Assembly: GCA_016839515.1 (NCBI GenBank)
Contig: JAEOUE010000060.1
Location: 1-28,310, forward strand
Source: Candidatus Hodarchaeum mangrovi
GTDB taxonomy: Archaea; Asgardarchaeota; Heimdallarchaeia; Hodarchaeales; Hodarchaeaceae
DNA length: 28,310 nt
Direction: 5' to 3'
Shown in pieces: positions 17,932-26,963 of this stretch (positions are counted from its first letter, which is position 1; each line of letters starts with the position of its first letter). A program made the translations under genes and the position numbers. The notes below the pieces were generated by a model, which did not search any database, had not been told where the DNA came from, and saw nothing but the letters and a program-made list of their open reading frames with translations.

Positions 17932-18639
17932 TTGGTTAGAAAAATAGCATGTCTAGTGGTTCTTGATCTCGATGATACTATATTTCCAGAAATTGATTTC
18001 ATTTTGAGCGGTTTTTTTGAAGTTAGTAGATATATAAGTCAAAAGTCTCATTATGAAGTGGATTATATATACCAAAAATTATCTACATTATTTAATAACA
18101 ATATCCGTAACAATACATTTGATATTCTTATCGAAGATTTACAATTATCAAATATTCAAGTTCAAGAATTAGTTGAATTATATAGAAACCATAAACCTGT
18201 GTTAAAACCTTGGGAAGATGCACTATTTTTACTAGATTACCTTTCAAAATATCCAAATAAGTTTACACTATGTCTGATTTCGGATGGAATCGTTTTACAA
18301 CAAAAAAATAAGATCAAAGCTCTAAAAATAGAACAATACTTTAAAAAGATCATCATAACAGATGAATTAGGGGGAATTGAGTATAGAAAGCCAAACCCTT
18401 TTGTGTTCAATTTATTATTAGATCAATTCAATATATCATCATCACAGTCAATATATATTGCTGATAACCCATTAAAAGATTTTATTGCTCCAAATGAAAT
18501 TGGGATGCATACTATGAGAATTAAAAAGGCAGAAGGGATATATGCAAAATTCGAGGCTCCATCTGAATATATGAAAGCTCAAATAACAATAACTTCTCTA
18601 GACCAAGCAATTCAAGCAATCGAGAGGATTTGTACATAA
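17932..18639 (+). CDS. HAD-superfamily hydrolase (phosphatase)
   Basis: Motif I DLDDT, motif II ISDG, motif III RKP and motif IV ADNPLKDF. TTG start with AGTGAT SD. Confidence 0.9.
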   Translation: MVRKIACLVVLDLDDTIFPEIDFILSGFFEVSRYISQKSHYEVDYIYQKLSTLFNNNIRNNTFDILIEDLQLSNIQVQELVELYRNHKPVLKPWEDALFLLDYLSKYPNKFTLCLISDGIVLQQKNKIKALKIEQYFKKIIITDELGGIEYRKPNPFVFNLLLDQFNISSSQSIYIADNPLKDFIAPNEIGMHTMRIKKAEGIYAKFEAPSEYMKAQITITSLDQAIQAIERICT

Positions 18640-18664
18640 TAAAAATTGCAGGAGAATAAAAAAC

Positions 18665-19690
18665 ATGCCAGCTATCACTGTATTATTCATTCCAGCTGGT
18701 TCTGGAATTGCTATTTCAGGGATAAAAAGTATAAAGAATATAGAAGATATTAAAACCGTAGCTGCTGATTCTGATCCATTAGCAGCAGGATTATATCTTG
18801 CTGAGAAAAAATATTTGATCCCTGAATTTAATAATCCAAAATTCTTCTCTATTATTCAAAAAATTATTCTAAAGGAGAAGATAGATATATTAATTCCATG
18901 TTTGGATCCTCTCCTCGAAATCATAGCTAACTATGGTCCAACAAAACTTGAAAAGCGCTTAGGAGTAAAAATTTTAATATCACCCCCAGAAACCATAAAA
19001 CTTACTAGGGATAAATGGTTAGCTTATAACCGGTTTAAAAATATTTTAAATTTTCCTGAGTCATGGATAGACTTAGATGATGTTCCCAAAGACACTTTTC
19101 CGCTTTTTATTAAACCTCGAAAAGGATCTGGATCAATCGGAGCTACTATTGTAAGGAATCAAACAGAATTGGAGTTTTTTTTCTCTTACCTAGATGATCC
19201 AATTATCTCTGAATATTTAGAGGGAAAAGAGTACACAGTAGATTGCTTAGCTTCTCCAAAAGGGAAATTAATTACAATCATTCCACGAGAACGGATTCAA
19301 TCAAAAGCAGGAATATCCATTAAAGCAAAATTTATGAATGTGACAGATGAGATAATTGAAATCGCTAAAGAAGTAAATAAACAGCTCCATTTTATTGGAC
19401 CTTTTTTCTTTCAATTAAAACAAGGTTCTGATAATACTTTGAAAATTATGGAGTTTAATGCCAGATTATCAGGAACAATGATCTTTTCTAATCTTGCAGG
19501 TTTTAATATTGTTGAGAAAGCAATCCGTCAGTTCAATGACCGAGATAATCTTATTTCAAATAGAACTCAATCTAATCCCTTACTCTTACCTGGCAAAGAT
19601 TTTTTTTATGAGTATGAAGCAATGAGTAGGTACTGGGAAGAAATTCTGATTAAAACTCATGATTTGAAATCTTTGCAAATTGAGGAATAG
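18665..19690 (+). CDS. ATP-grasp ligase (carboxylate-amine ligase-like)
   Basis: DKWLAY, PLFIKPRKGSGSIG, SEYLEGKEYTVD and IMEFNARLSG ATP-grasp motifs. Confidence 0.88.
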   Translation: MPAITVLFIPAGSGIAISGIKSIKNIEDIKTVAADSDPLAAGLYLAEKKYLIPEFNNPKFFSIIQKIILKEKIDILIPCLDPLLEIIANYGPTKLEKRLGVKILISPPETIKLTRDKWLAYNRFKNILNFPESWIDLDDVPKDTFPLFIKPRKGSGSIGATIVRNQTELEFFFSYLDDPIISEYLEGKEYTVDCLASPKGKLITIIPRERIQSKAGISIKAKFMNVTDEIIEIAKEVNKQLHFIGPFFFQLKQGSDNTLKIMEFNARLSGTMIFSNLAGFNIVEKAIRQFNDRDNLISNRTQSNPLLLPGKDFFYEYEAMSRYWEEILIKTHDLKSLQIEE

Positions 19691-19721
19691 AAATAATTGA
19701 CCCAAAAGGAAGTATAATAAT

Positions 19722-20777
19722 ATGTGGAATTTAGATTTTAAAATTGGTATGAAACAAATCTCTGATAATTCACCAGCATTTATCATTGCCGAAGCAGGAA
19801 TAAATCATAATGGGGATTTGCAGTTAGCAAAGCAGCTCATTAATAAAGCTTCTGAGGCAGGAGTGGACGCAGTAAAGTTTCAGACATTTATTGCGGAAGA
19901 AGTAGTAACAAATGATGCAAGAACAGCTACTTATCAAAAGGATATTACAGGAACAGAAAAACAAATTGACCTTATAAAAACTTTTGAACTTCCTCTAGAA
20001 GTTTTTGAAGAACTTTCGATTTATACAACTAAAAAGGGGCTGATCTTTCTTTCAACTCCATTTGATCTTCATAGTGTTGATTTTCTTGCCAAAATTGCTG
20101 TTCCTGCATTTAAAATTCCTTCTGGTGAAATTATAAATCCTTTAATATTAAAAAAGGTAAGTAAATATCAGATTCCTATAATCTTATCAACAGGGATGGC
20201 TACTCTTGGTGAAATAGAGGGAGCTCTAAGATATATTCGTCAAAATAATGAAACACGAGTAATTTTACTCCATTGCGTCACAAGCTATCCCACCCCTATT
20301 CATCAAGCAAACTTAAGAATGATTCAAACATTAAAAACGACATTTAAAACAATCGTGGGATATTCTGATCATACTTTAGGAATAACTGCTCCTTTAGTAG
20401 CGGTCACCTTAGGTGCTAAAGTCATTGAAAAGCATTTCACACTGGATAGAAATCTAGAGGGGCCAGATCATAAAGCATCTCTAGAACCAGCAGAGTTAAA
20501 AAATATGGTTAACGAAATAAGAAATGTAGAAGCTGCCTTAGGTTCAGGAATGAAAATTCCTATGGCAAATGAAGAAGAGGTAGCAAAAATTGCTCGACGA
20601 AGCATCGTTGCTGCAAGAAAATTAAAAAAAGGAGAAATTTTAACTGAAGAGAATCTAGCGTTAAAACGTCCAGCAGATGGATTATCACCATCATTCCTCC
20701 CTCTTATTATTGGAAAAGCTGTAACTAGAGAGATTAATAAGGATGAAAGATTATTCTTCCAAGATATAATTTGGTAA
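19722..20777 (+). CDS. neuB: Nonulosonic acid synthase (NeuB/LegI family) with C-terminal SAF domain
   Basis: IIAEAGINHNGD, DAVKFQTF, STPFD, LSTGM, LHCVTSYP, GYSDHT, IEKHFTLD, GPDH and RRSIVA...KRPADG. Confidence 0.95.
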   Translation: MWNLDFKIGMKQISDNSPAFIIAEAGINHNGDLQLAKQLINKASEAGVDAVKFQTFIAEEVVTNDARTATYQKDITGTEKQIDLIKTFELPLEVFEELSIYTTKKGLIFLSTPFDLHSVDFLAKIAVPAFKIPSGEIINPLILKKVSKYQIPIILSTGMATLGEIEGALRYIRQNNETRVILLHCVTSYPTPIHQANLRMIQTLKTTFKTIVGYSDHTLGITAPLVAVTLGAKVIEKHFTLDRNLEGPDHKASLEPAELKNMVNEIRNVEAALGSGMKIPMANEEEVAKIARRSIVAARKLKKGEILTEENLALKRPADGLSPSFLPLIIGKAVTREINKDERLFFQDIIW

Positions 20778-20831
20778 GCTTAAAGGAAATGACATAAATT
20801 AGAAGTAAAGGTATTATTTGGGTGAAAATTA

Positions 20832-21533
20832 TTGGAAATATTGGGTTTAATTCCAGCACGTGGTGGTTCAAAAGGAATCCCAGGAAAAAATATCAGACTT
20901 CTTGCTGGTAAACCATTAATTACTCATACTATTCATACAGCATTAAAATCGGAACTAATTGACCGAGTTATGGTTTCAACTGACTCTGAGGAAATTGCAA
21001 ATATTTCAAAAAAAGCTGGAGCTGAAGTTCCTTTTTTAAGGCCAAATAATTTAGCTGAAGACGATACACCGATGCTTAGTGTAATAAAACATTGTTTAGA
21101 GCAAATGACAACAATGAATTGGCATCCAGATATTCTTATATTATTGCAACCCACGTCACCATTTAGAAAAACCCAACATTTGGATAATGCTATAGAAAAA
21201 TTTCTTGAATCATCAGTTACATGTCTGATTTCTGTTCGAAGAGTGAATGACAATCCTTACTGGATGAAAGTAATTAAAGGAAAATTTATTTCTCCATTCA
21301 TAGAAAATACACACAATTTTTACCTTCGTCAGTCATTACCAATCATATACATCCCTAATGGGGCAATCTATATCTGGAAAACTTCTTATATTTTAAATTC
21401 TAATCAATTATTACCTAATGATACTGTTGCATATGAAATGGATGATTATTCTTCATTGGATCTTGATAATGAGATGGATTGGAAGTTTGCTGAATTTTTA
21501 ATTAAAGAAAATTTGAATAAAATGCTAGAATAA
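20832..21533 (+). CDS. neuA: CMP-nonulosonic acid synthetase (NeuA/LegF family)
   Basis: IPARGGSKGIPGKN, VSTDS, LLQPTSPFR, RQSLP, NGAIY and SLDLD. TTG start with GGTGA SD. Confidence 0.95.
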   Translation: MEILGLIPARGGSKGIPGKNIRLLAGKPLITHTIHTALKSELIDRVMVSTDSEEIANISKKAGAEVPFLRPNNLAEDDTPMLSVIKHCLEQMTTMNWHPDILILLQPTSPFRKTQHLDNAIEKFLESSVTCLISVRRVNDNPYWMKVIKGKFISPFIENTHNFYLRQSLPIIYIPNGAIYIWKTSYILNSNQLLPNDTVAYEMDDYSSLDLDNEMDWKFAEFLIKENLNKMLE

Positions 21534-21566
21534 CAATATTGCAGAAAAAGAACGAGGATAATTATA

Positions 21567-22709
21567 TTGAAAATACCATTATTCAAAATCTATTCTGATG
21601 AAAATGATGTAAAGGCAGTGAGTGAAGTCATTAAATCTGGAATGAGATGGGCAATCGGACCTCCTGTGGCGGAGTTTGAGAAAAAGATTTGTGAATATAT
21701 TGGTTCTAAGTTTTGTGTCGTTTTTAATTCAGGAACATCTGCATTACATTCGTTGATGTTAGCCTATGGTTTCCATGAGGGTGATGAAATAATTGTGCCT
21801 TCTTTTACTTTTATAGCTACCGCAAATGCCCCTCTCTTTGTAAATTCAAAACCTGTATTTGCTGATATCGAATCTAAGACATTAGGATTAGATCCAAATG
21901 ATGTCCTTGAACGAATTACAAAAAAATCAAAAGCTATTCTTCCTGTTCACTATGGTGGGGATCCTGCGAATATTTTCGAATTAAACGAGATCGCAGAAGA
22001 TCATAATTTAATACTAATTGAAGATGCAGCAGAATCTTTTGGATCTACAGTTGATAATAAAATGACTGGGACATTTGGTAATAGCGCTTTATTAAGTTTT
22101 TGTCAAAATAAAGTAATTACCACAGGAGAGGGAGGAGCCATTGTCACAGATTCTGAGGTTTTGTACAATAAATTGAAATTAATAAGATCTCATGGAAGAG
22201 TTGACCAGGGAGACTATTTTTTAAGTTCATTGTCTGGAAATTATGTAGATTTAGGATTTAATTTTCGTTTATCTAATATACAGGCCTCATTAGGTTTATC
22301 TCAATTAGAAAAAGTGGAACGGTTAATATCTATGCGAATTAAGATCGCCCATTACTATAGTCAAAGATTGAATGCATTCAAGGAAATAATAACTCCTCAA
22401 ATACGTCCAAATATAAGACATGTATACCAATTGTTCTCGATTCGCATTCCTTATTATTATCGTGACAGATTAATTGAATATTTGAGTCAAAATCAAATTA
22501 GCTCAAAAATCTATTTTTCACCAATTCATCAGACCTACTTCTATAAAGAAAAATTAAAGTATGATGTACATTTACCAGTTACTGAAACAATCTCTAAAGA
22601 AATATTGAGTCTCCCCATCTATCCTTCTATGACCCGTGATGAACAGGAATATGTTGTTAGGAGTATTGATAATTTTATTAAAAATTTCGAGAGTGATGAT
22701 AAGGTTTGA
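21567..22709 (+). CDS. DegT/DnrJ/EryC1/StrS PLP-dependent sugar 4-aminotransferase (LegC/PglE-like)
   Basis: NSGTSALH, VPSFTFIATAN, IEDAAESFG, SFCQNKVITTGEGG (PLP Lys) and LSLPIYP. Confidence 0.92.
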   Translation: MKIPLFKIYSDENDVKAVSEVIKSGMRWAIGPPVAEFEKKICEYIGSKFCVVFNSGTSALHSLMLAYGFHEGDEIIVPSFTFIATANAPLFVNSKPVFADIESKTLGLDPNDVLERITKKSKAILPVHYGGDPANIFELNEIAEDHNLILIEDAAESFGSTVDNKMTGTFGNSALLSFCQNKVITTGEGGAIVTDSEVLYNKLKLIRSHGRVDQGDYFLSSLSGNYVDLGFNFRLSNIQASLGLSQLEKVERLISMRIKIAHYYSQRLNAFKEIITPQIRPNIRHVYQLFSIRIPYYYRDRLIEYLSQNQISSKIYFSPIHQTYFYKEKLKYDVHLPVTETISKEILSLPIYPSMTRDEQEYVVRSIDNFIKNFESDDKV

Positions 22710-23779
22710 ATTCAGATTATTTTAAGAATAAAGTAATTCTAGTTACAGGAGCAGCTGGATCAATAGGAACAGAACTCGTAAAACAATTATTAAGACTTGA
22801 TCCCAAGGTAATAAGATGCCTTGATATTAATGAGACAGAATTATTCTATCTTGAACAGCGATTTAGATCAGATAAATTGAGGATTTTTATCGGAGATATT
22901 AGAGACGAAAAAAGATTAGAACTCGCTCTAGAAAATGTTGACATTATATTTCATGCAGCTGCGTTAAAACATGTCCCATTATGTGAAAATAATCCTTTTG
23001 AAGCAATTAAAACAAATATTGTAGGAACACAAAATCTAATTCAGGTAGCAAGAGCAGCTAATGTAAAAAAAATTATAACAATTAGTACTGATAAGGCTAT
23101 TAATCCCACCAATGTAATGGGTGCAACTAAACTTCTAGCTGAGAGATTAACTATAGCAGCAAATCTTTATATTGGAGATCGTAATATTTCGTATTCAACC
23201 GTCAGATTTGGTAATGTTTTAGGATCGCGTGGTTCGATACTCCCTTTACTTTTTAATCAAATACGCGATGGTGGTCCAGTCACTTTAACTGATCCAAAAA
23301 TGACTCGCTACATCATGAGAATTGATGATGCTGTGAAATTAGTATTAAAAGCAGCGATCCTTTCTAAAGGAGGAGAGATATTTATTTTAGAAATGCCTTC
23401 TGTCTCGACCGGTGATCTAATTGATGCGGTTATAGAGGAAGTAGCTCCTCGTTTTGGGTTTTCTTCAAAGGATATCAAAGTAAAAAATATCGGATCTAGG
23501 GCGGGTGAAAAAATTCATGAAGAATTAATTAGTGAATATGAAATAACAAGTTCTTTTTCACTTAAAAATGAAGCTATATATATTTTAATTCCTAAAAATG
23601 AATCATATCATTCTAAAATTTTGATTGAGCATCATAAGGCACAAGGTGCCATCATATTGACAAATGAAACAAAAATACTCCATTCTTCTGCTAATGCTGT
23701 CAAATTATCAAAAGAAGATATCATTTCACTAATAAAAACGATTATTGACGAATATCCTAGAGACAATCTTTTCAAATAG
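22706..23779 (+). CDS. NDP-GlcNAc 4,6-dehydratase (CapD/PglF-class SDR, soluble; LegB role)
   Basis: TGAAGSIG, HAAALKHVP, ISTDKA, NVMGATK (MxxxK), VRFGNVLGSRGS and GEKIHE. TTGA overlap with the previous gene. Confidence 0.9.
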   Translation: MNSDYFKNKVILVTGAAGSIGTELVKQLLRLDPKVIRCLDINETELFYLEQRFRSDKLRIFIGDIRDEKRLELALENVDIIFHAAALKHVPLCENNPFEAIKTNIVGTQNLIQVARAANVKKIITISTDKAINPTNVMGATKLLAERLTIAANLYIGDRNISYSTVRFGNVLGSRGSILPLLFNQIRDGGPVTLTDPKMTRYIMRIDDAVKLVLKAAILSKGGEIFILEMPSVSTGDLIDAVIEEVAPRFGFSSKDIKVKNIGSRAGEKIHEELISEYEITSSFSLKNEAIYILIPKNESYHSKILIEHHKAQGAIILTNETKILHSSANAVKLSKEDIISLIKTIIDEYPRDNLFK

Positions 23780-23856
23780 TATCCTAGTATGATTTATGTT
23801 ATTAAAAGAAAATATTTTTAGTTTTCACATTTCTAATTTATGATTTTTTATCAACA

Positions 23857-24987
23857 ATGGTAGTTACTTCCTTACAAAATTGTATGGGAAAGAAGATGTT
23901 AAGAGAAATATATCAAATAGATGATAAGAATGTAAAATCACATATGAATTTGAAATCTGTTGAAGAAGAGCTGATTAAGTGGTTAGATAGTCACTCTTTT
24001 GATAAAATAGTAATAAAACCGAATTGGGTTGATATGAAACCTTTGACACGAACTGAACTAGATATATTTACTCTAGTAACTAAAATTTGTAGCGAAAAAA
24101 TCAAATCCGTTCTTGTAGCAGACTGTCCTTTGGACAAAACAAATTTTAATAATGTAAAAGCATTCTATAAGTCAGCACTGTCAAATAAAAACATAAAAGT
24201 TCTTAATTTATCCAATGATGAGTTTGAAACAATTGATCTGGGAGAAAAATCGTTATTCATGCCTTTGATTGAAGTTGGAATTAAAAAATTCATGATGGGA
24301 AGTCAAAGGACAACTCCCCAGAAATATCATTTTGACACAAGACATGAATATGGAGTTAGCAAGATAATCTATCAAAGTGAGGGAATTATACACCTTCCAC
24401 GACTAAAAACCCATAGACTAGCTGGAATGACCGGATGTTCTAAATCCTATATTGGAACTGTTGTAAAGAAATATTGGCTTCCTCATTATACACTTGATTA
24501 TGATCAAATGCCCTTACCACGAGCTATTGAAAGACGTCTTAAAATTAAACAAGTGAAAGAAACATTACATCTCCCTACAAGATTTATTCCATATCGTATT
24601 CGCAAAGGTGTCCTTTCACTTTTACATGCACAAGACAAAATTGACTCGTATCTTCTTGGTGCAGCTTGGGAGGGAAATGATACAATCTGGAGAACCATAG
24701 ATGATTTATTATTAATATACAAACGGCATCATCAATTTTACATTCTTGATGGTCGTGTAGCGGGACAAGGAGAGGGACCACTCTTACCAGACCCCTTAAT
24801 ACTTGATAAAATCTGGACTGGTATAAATCCGATAGCTATTGATAATGTTGGTTCCTTAGCATTAGAAGAAGCAAAAGCAAAGGCCCCTACTAGATGGACC
24901 TCCCCCTATTCACATAACAGAATAAAATTACTTCAATATTTTGTCACTGGTGATGCCTCACCAGTCAAAGAATATATTGAGAAGTAA
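23857..24987 (+). CDS. DUF362-family protein
   Basis: IVIKPNWV, VLVADCP, HLPRLKTHRLAGMTGCSKSYIG, ILDGRVAGQGEGP and NPIAID. The start may be a later ATG (about 23896). Confidence 0.8.
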   Translation: MVVTSLQNCMGKKMLREIYQIDDKNVKSHMNLKSVEEELIKWLDSHSFDKIVIKPNWVDMKPLTRTELDIFTLVTKICSEKIKSVLVADCPLDKTNFNNVKAFYKSALSNKNIKVLNLSNDEFETIDLGEKSLFMPLIEVGIKKFMMGSQRTTPQKYHFDTRHEYGVSKIIYQSEGIIHLPRLKTHRLAGMTGCSKSYIGTVVKKYWLPHYTLDYDQMPLPRAIERRLKIKQVKETLHLPTRFIPYRIRKGVLSLLHAQDKIDSYLLGAAWEGNDTIWRTIDDLLLIYKRHHQFYILDGRVAGQGEGPLLPDPLILDKIWTGINPIAIDNVGSLALEEAKAKAPTRWTSPYSHNRIKLLQYFVTGDASPVKEYIEK

Positions 24988-25076
24988 GCTTTCTAATAAA
25001 ACCAATAAAACTAAATGAAGTACTCGATAATAATAATACAAACTTAAGTAATAATTATAATTGAGATCTGAAAGCT

Positions 25077-26387
25077 TCAAATGTGCAGTTTAATAACCAT
25101 TCGCTTTCCACTGGATTCTAAAGGAATACTAGTTACTTCTTGAATTTTAACCTTCAATTCCTTATCTATTAAAGACTCAATTCCTTGAATTGTTTTTTGT
25201 CTTATTTCAGGTGTAAATCGACTTAAAGGAACAACTTTTATCACTAATGAATCTTTATATTGATTTACCTGAAAATCCTGAATATAAGGACCATAGTCTT
25301 CAAAAAAGGAATTAAAGAATAAATAGGAAACTTTTTTACCTGAAGGTAGCGTTATAAAATCTGTGACTCTTCCTATGATTCTAGATAATAACTTGGAGGA
25401 TTTACCACAATTACAGGTAGAAGTAGAAAATTCAGCAAGATCTCCTGTATCATATCTGATAAAAGGCATCGAAAAATTATCTAAGCAGGTTAAAATTAAC
25501 CTACCAACATTATTGTCAGTATTTAGAGAAGGATCATGGACAATTTCTACTATAAAACTCTCTTCTATAATATGAAGACCATTGTGGCTTTTACATTCTC
25601 CAGCAACTAGTCCAAATTCTCTAGAACCATATTGATCAAATATTGGAGCATTTAAATTAGATTCAATCACCTTTCTCTGTTGCTTAGTAAGAGTTTCAGA
25701 AGTTGTAATGACACCTCTGATACCTGTAAGTTTGATTTTGCTCTTTTCAACGTATCTTGCGAGTTTTAGGATTGCTGAAGTATATCCATAAATAAAATGA
25801 GGCTTGAAGGATAAAATTTTTTTTAGCTTATTCTTATCTTCCATTTCCCATGCCAATATACATACTCTTTTCCTAAAAATACGGTTAATAATTCTTAATA
25901 GAAACGAATTTGGGCAATGACCAACTATCTGAAGCATCCGATCTTTATTTTTTTGATATCCAATCCAATCTTGGAAATAAAGATCATTTGCTCCACGAAC
26001 TAGCCCAAAATGACGATCATTACAAAATTGAAAAGGTTCCCCAGTAGAACCAGAAGTACTATGATATACCCAGTCATCCTCAGACATATTTTGAGCGATA
26101 AGATCTGATAAGTGATTTTGACAGATTTTTTTGGTAAGAATAGGTAAATTTGACAAATTTTCAATAGTGAAATCGGTAGAATCGAAATTTTGGATCTTAA
26201 ATAATTTCGAATAATACGGAACATTCATCTGAGCGTGCAAAAGTAATTTTTGGAGTTTTTTTCGTATGATATAATCCAATTCAGGTCTTGGAAGAGATTT
26301 ATTTTCCTTTAAACCATTTAGAATCTTTTTCCTAAATTTTCTGTCATTAAGGTATTTTTTAATTCCTTTGATTCCACGATAGCGCAT
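25077..26387 (-). CDS. Phenylacetate-CoA ligase family (PaaK/CapK-like) adenylate-forming enzyme
   Basis: NVPYY, LPILTK, STSGSTGEP P-loop, DQYGSREFG, PFIRYDTGD, GRVTD and C-terminal SGK. Confidence 0.88.
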   Translation of the reverse strand: MRYRGIKGIKKYLNDRKFRKKILNGLKENKSLPRPELDYIIRKKLQKLLLHAQMNVPYYSKLFKIQNFDSTDFTIENLSNLPILTKKICQNHLSDLIAQNMSEDDWVYHSTSGSTGEPFQFCNDRHFGLVRGANDLYFQDWIGYQKNKDRMLQIVGHCPNSFLLRIINRIFRKRVCILAWEMEDKNKLKKILSFKPHFIYGYTSAILKLARYVEKSKIKLTGIRGVITTSETLTKQQRKVIESNLNAPIFDQYGSREFGLVAGECKSHNGLHIIEESFIVEIVHDPSLNTDNNVGRLILTCLDNFSMPFIRYDTGDLAEFSTSTCNCGKSSKLLSRIIGRVTDFITLPSGKKVSYLFFNSFFEDYGPYIQDFQVNQYKDSLVIKVVPLSRFTPEIRQKTIQGIESLIDKELKVKIQEVTSIPLESSGKRMVIKLHI

Positions 26388-26963
26388 TTCAACAACATCT
26401 TCGAATGAAATTTATTTACCTTTAGAAATTTTCTTCTCAACAAAAATACAGAATTTTTGTCTTTTTATAATCAATGAAGGCATTGTGAACAATTTTCAGA
26501 TTATATGTGAAAACAGCGAAGAATTTATGTTCAGAAGAATTACCGTAGATTATAGGATTGGTTATTACAATTTTTGAATCAGAATTTTTCCGTAAAGAGG
26601 AAGATCCTGTTTTTCTGTTTCTTTTTTGGGTTTTTTACTACTTTAAGGGAGAATTATAAGACTAATTAGCCGGAAAAGTACAATTTAAAAAGCAAAATAG
26701 AGTTAAACTATTCTTATGGGGAGAATCTCTCTATTTGTCTTTATTTTTTCATTTAACTAAATTTATTATTAGCAAGGAGTTTGGTTAAGGTGTCCTATTT
26801 TATTTAATTCTCCATTTATTAATAGTTAATTATCATTAAGATTCTACAGTTAATTAAAAAATTATATCCGCATTACTGCGTTTGAAAATTTTCCACTATA
26901 TTAAAAAACAGAGCTTTTGGAAAGCTAAGTAACTAAATCCTATATGATGGAGGAATTAGGAAT

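Noticed and set aside
23753-23787. 8-bp direct repeat TATCCTAG flanking the dehydratase stop
   Set aside because: Too short, with no element between the copies; compatible with chance.
26437-26634. About 65-codon stop-free stretch on the minus strand in the CapK/epimerase spacer
   Set aside because: No ATG/GTG/TTG start or SD and no recognisable similarity, so it cannot be supported as a gene or pseudogene.
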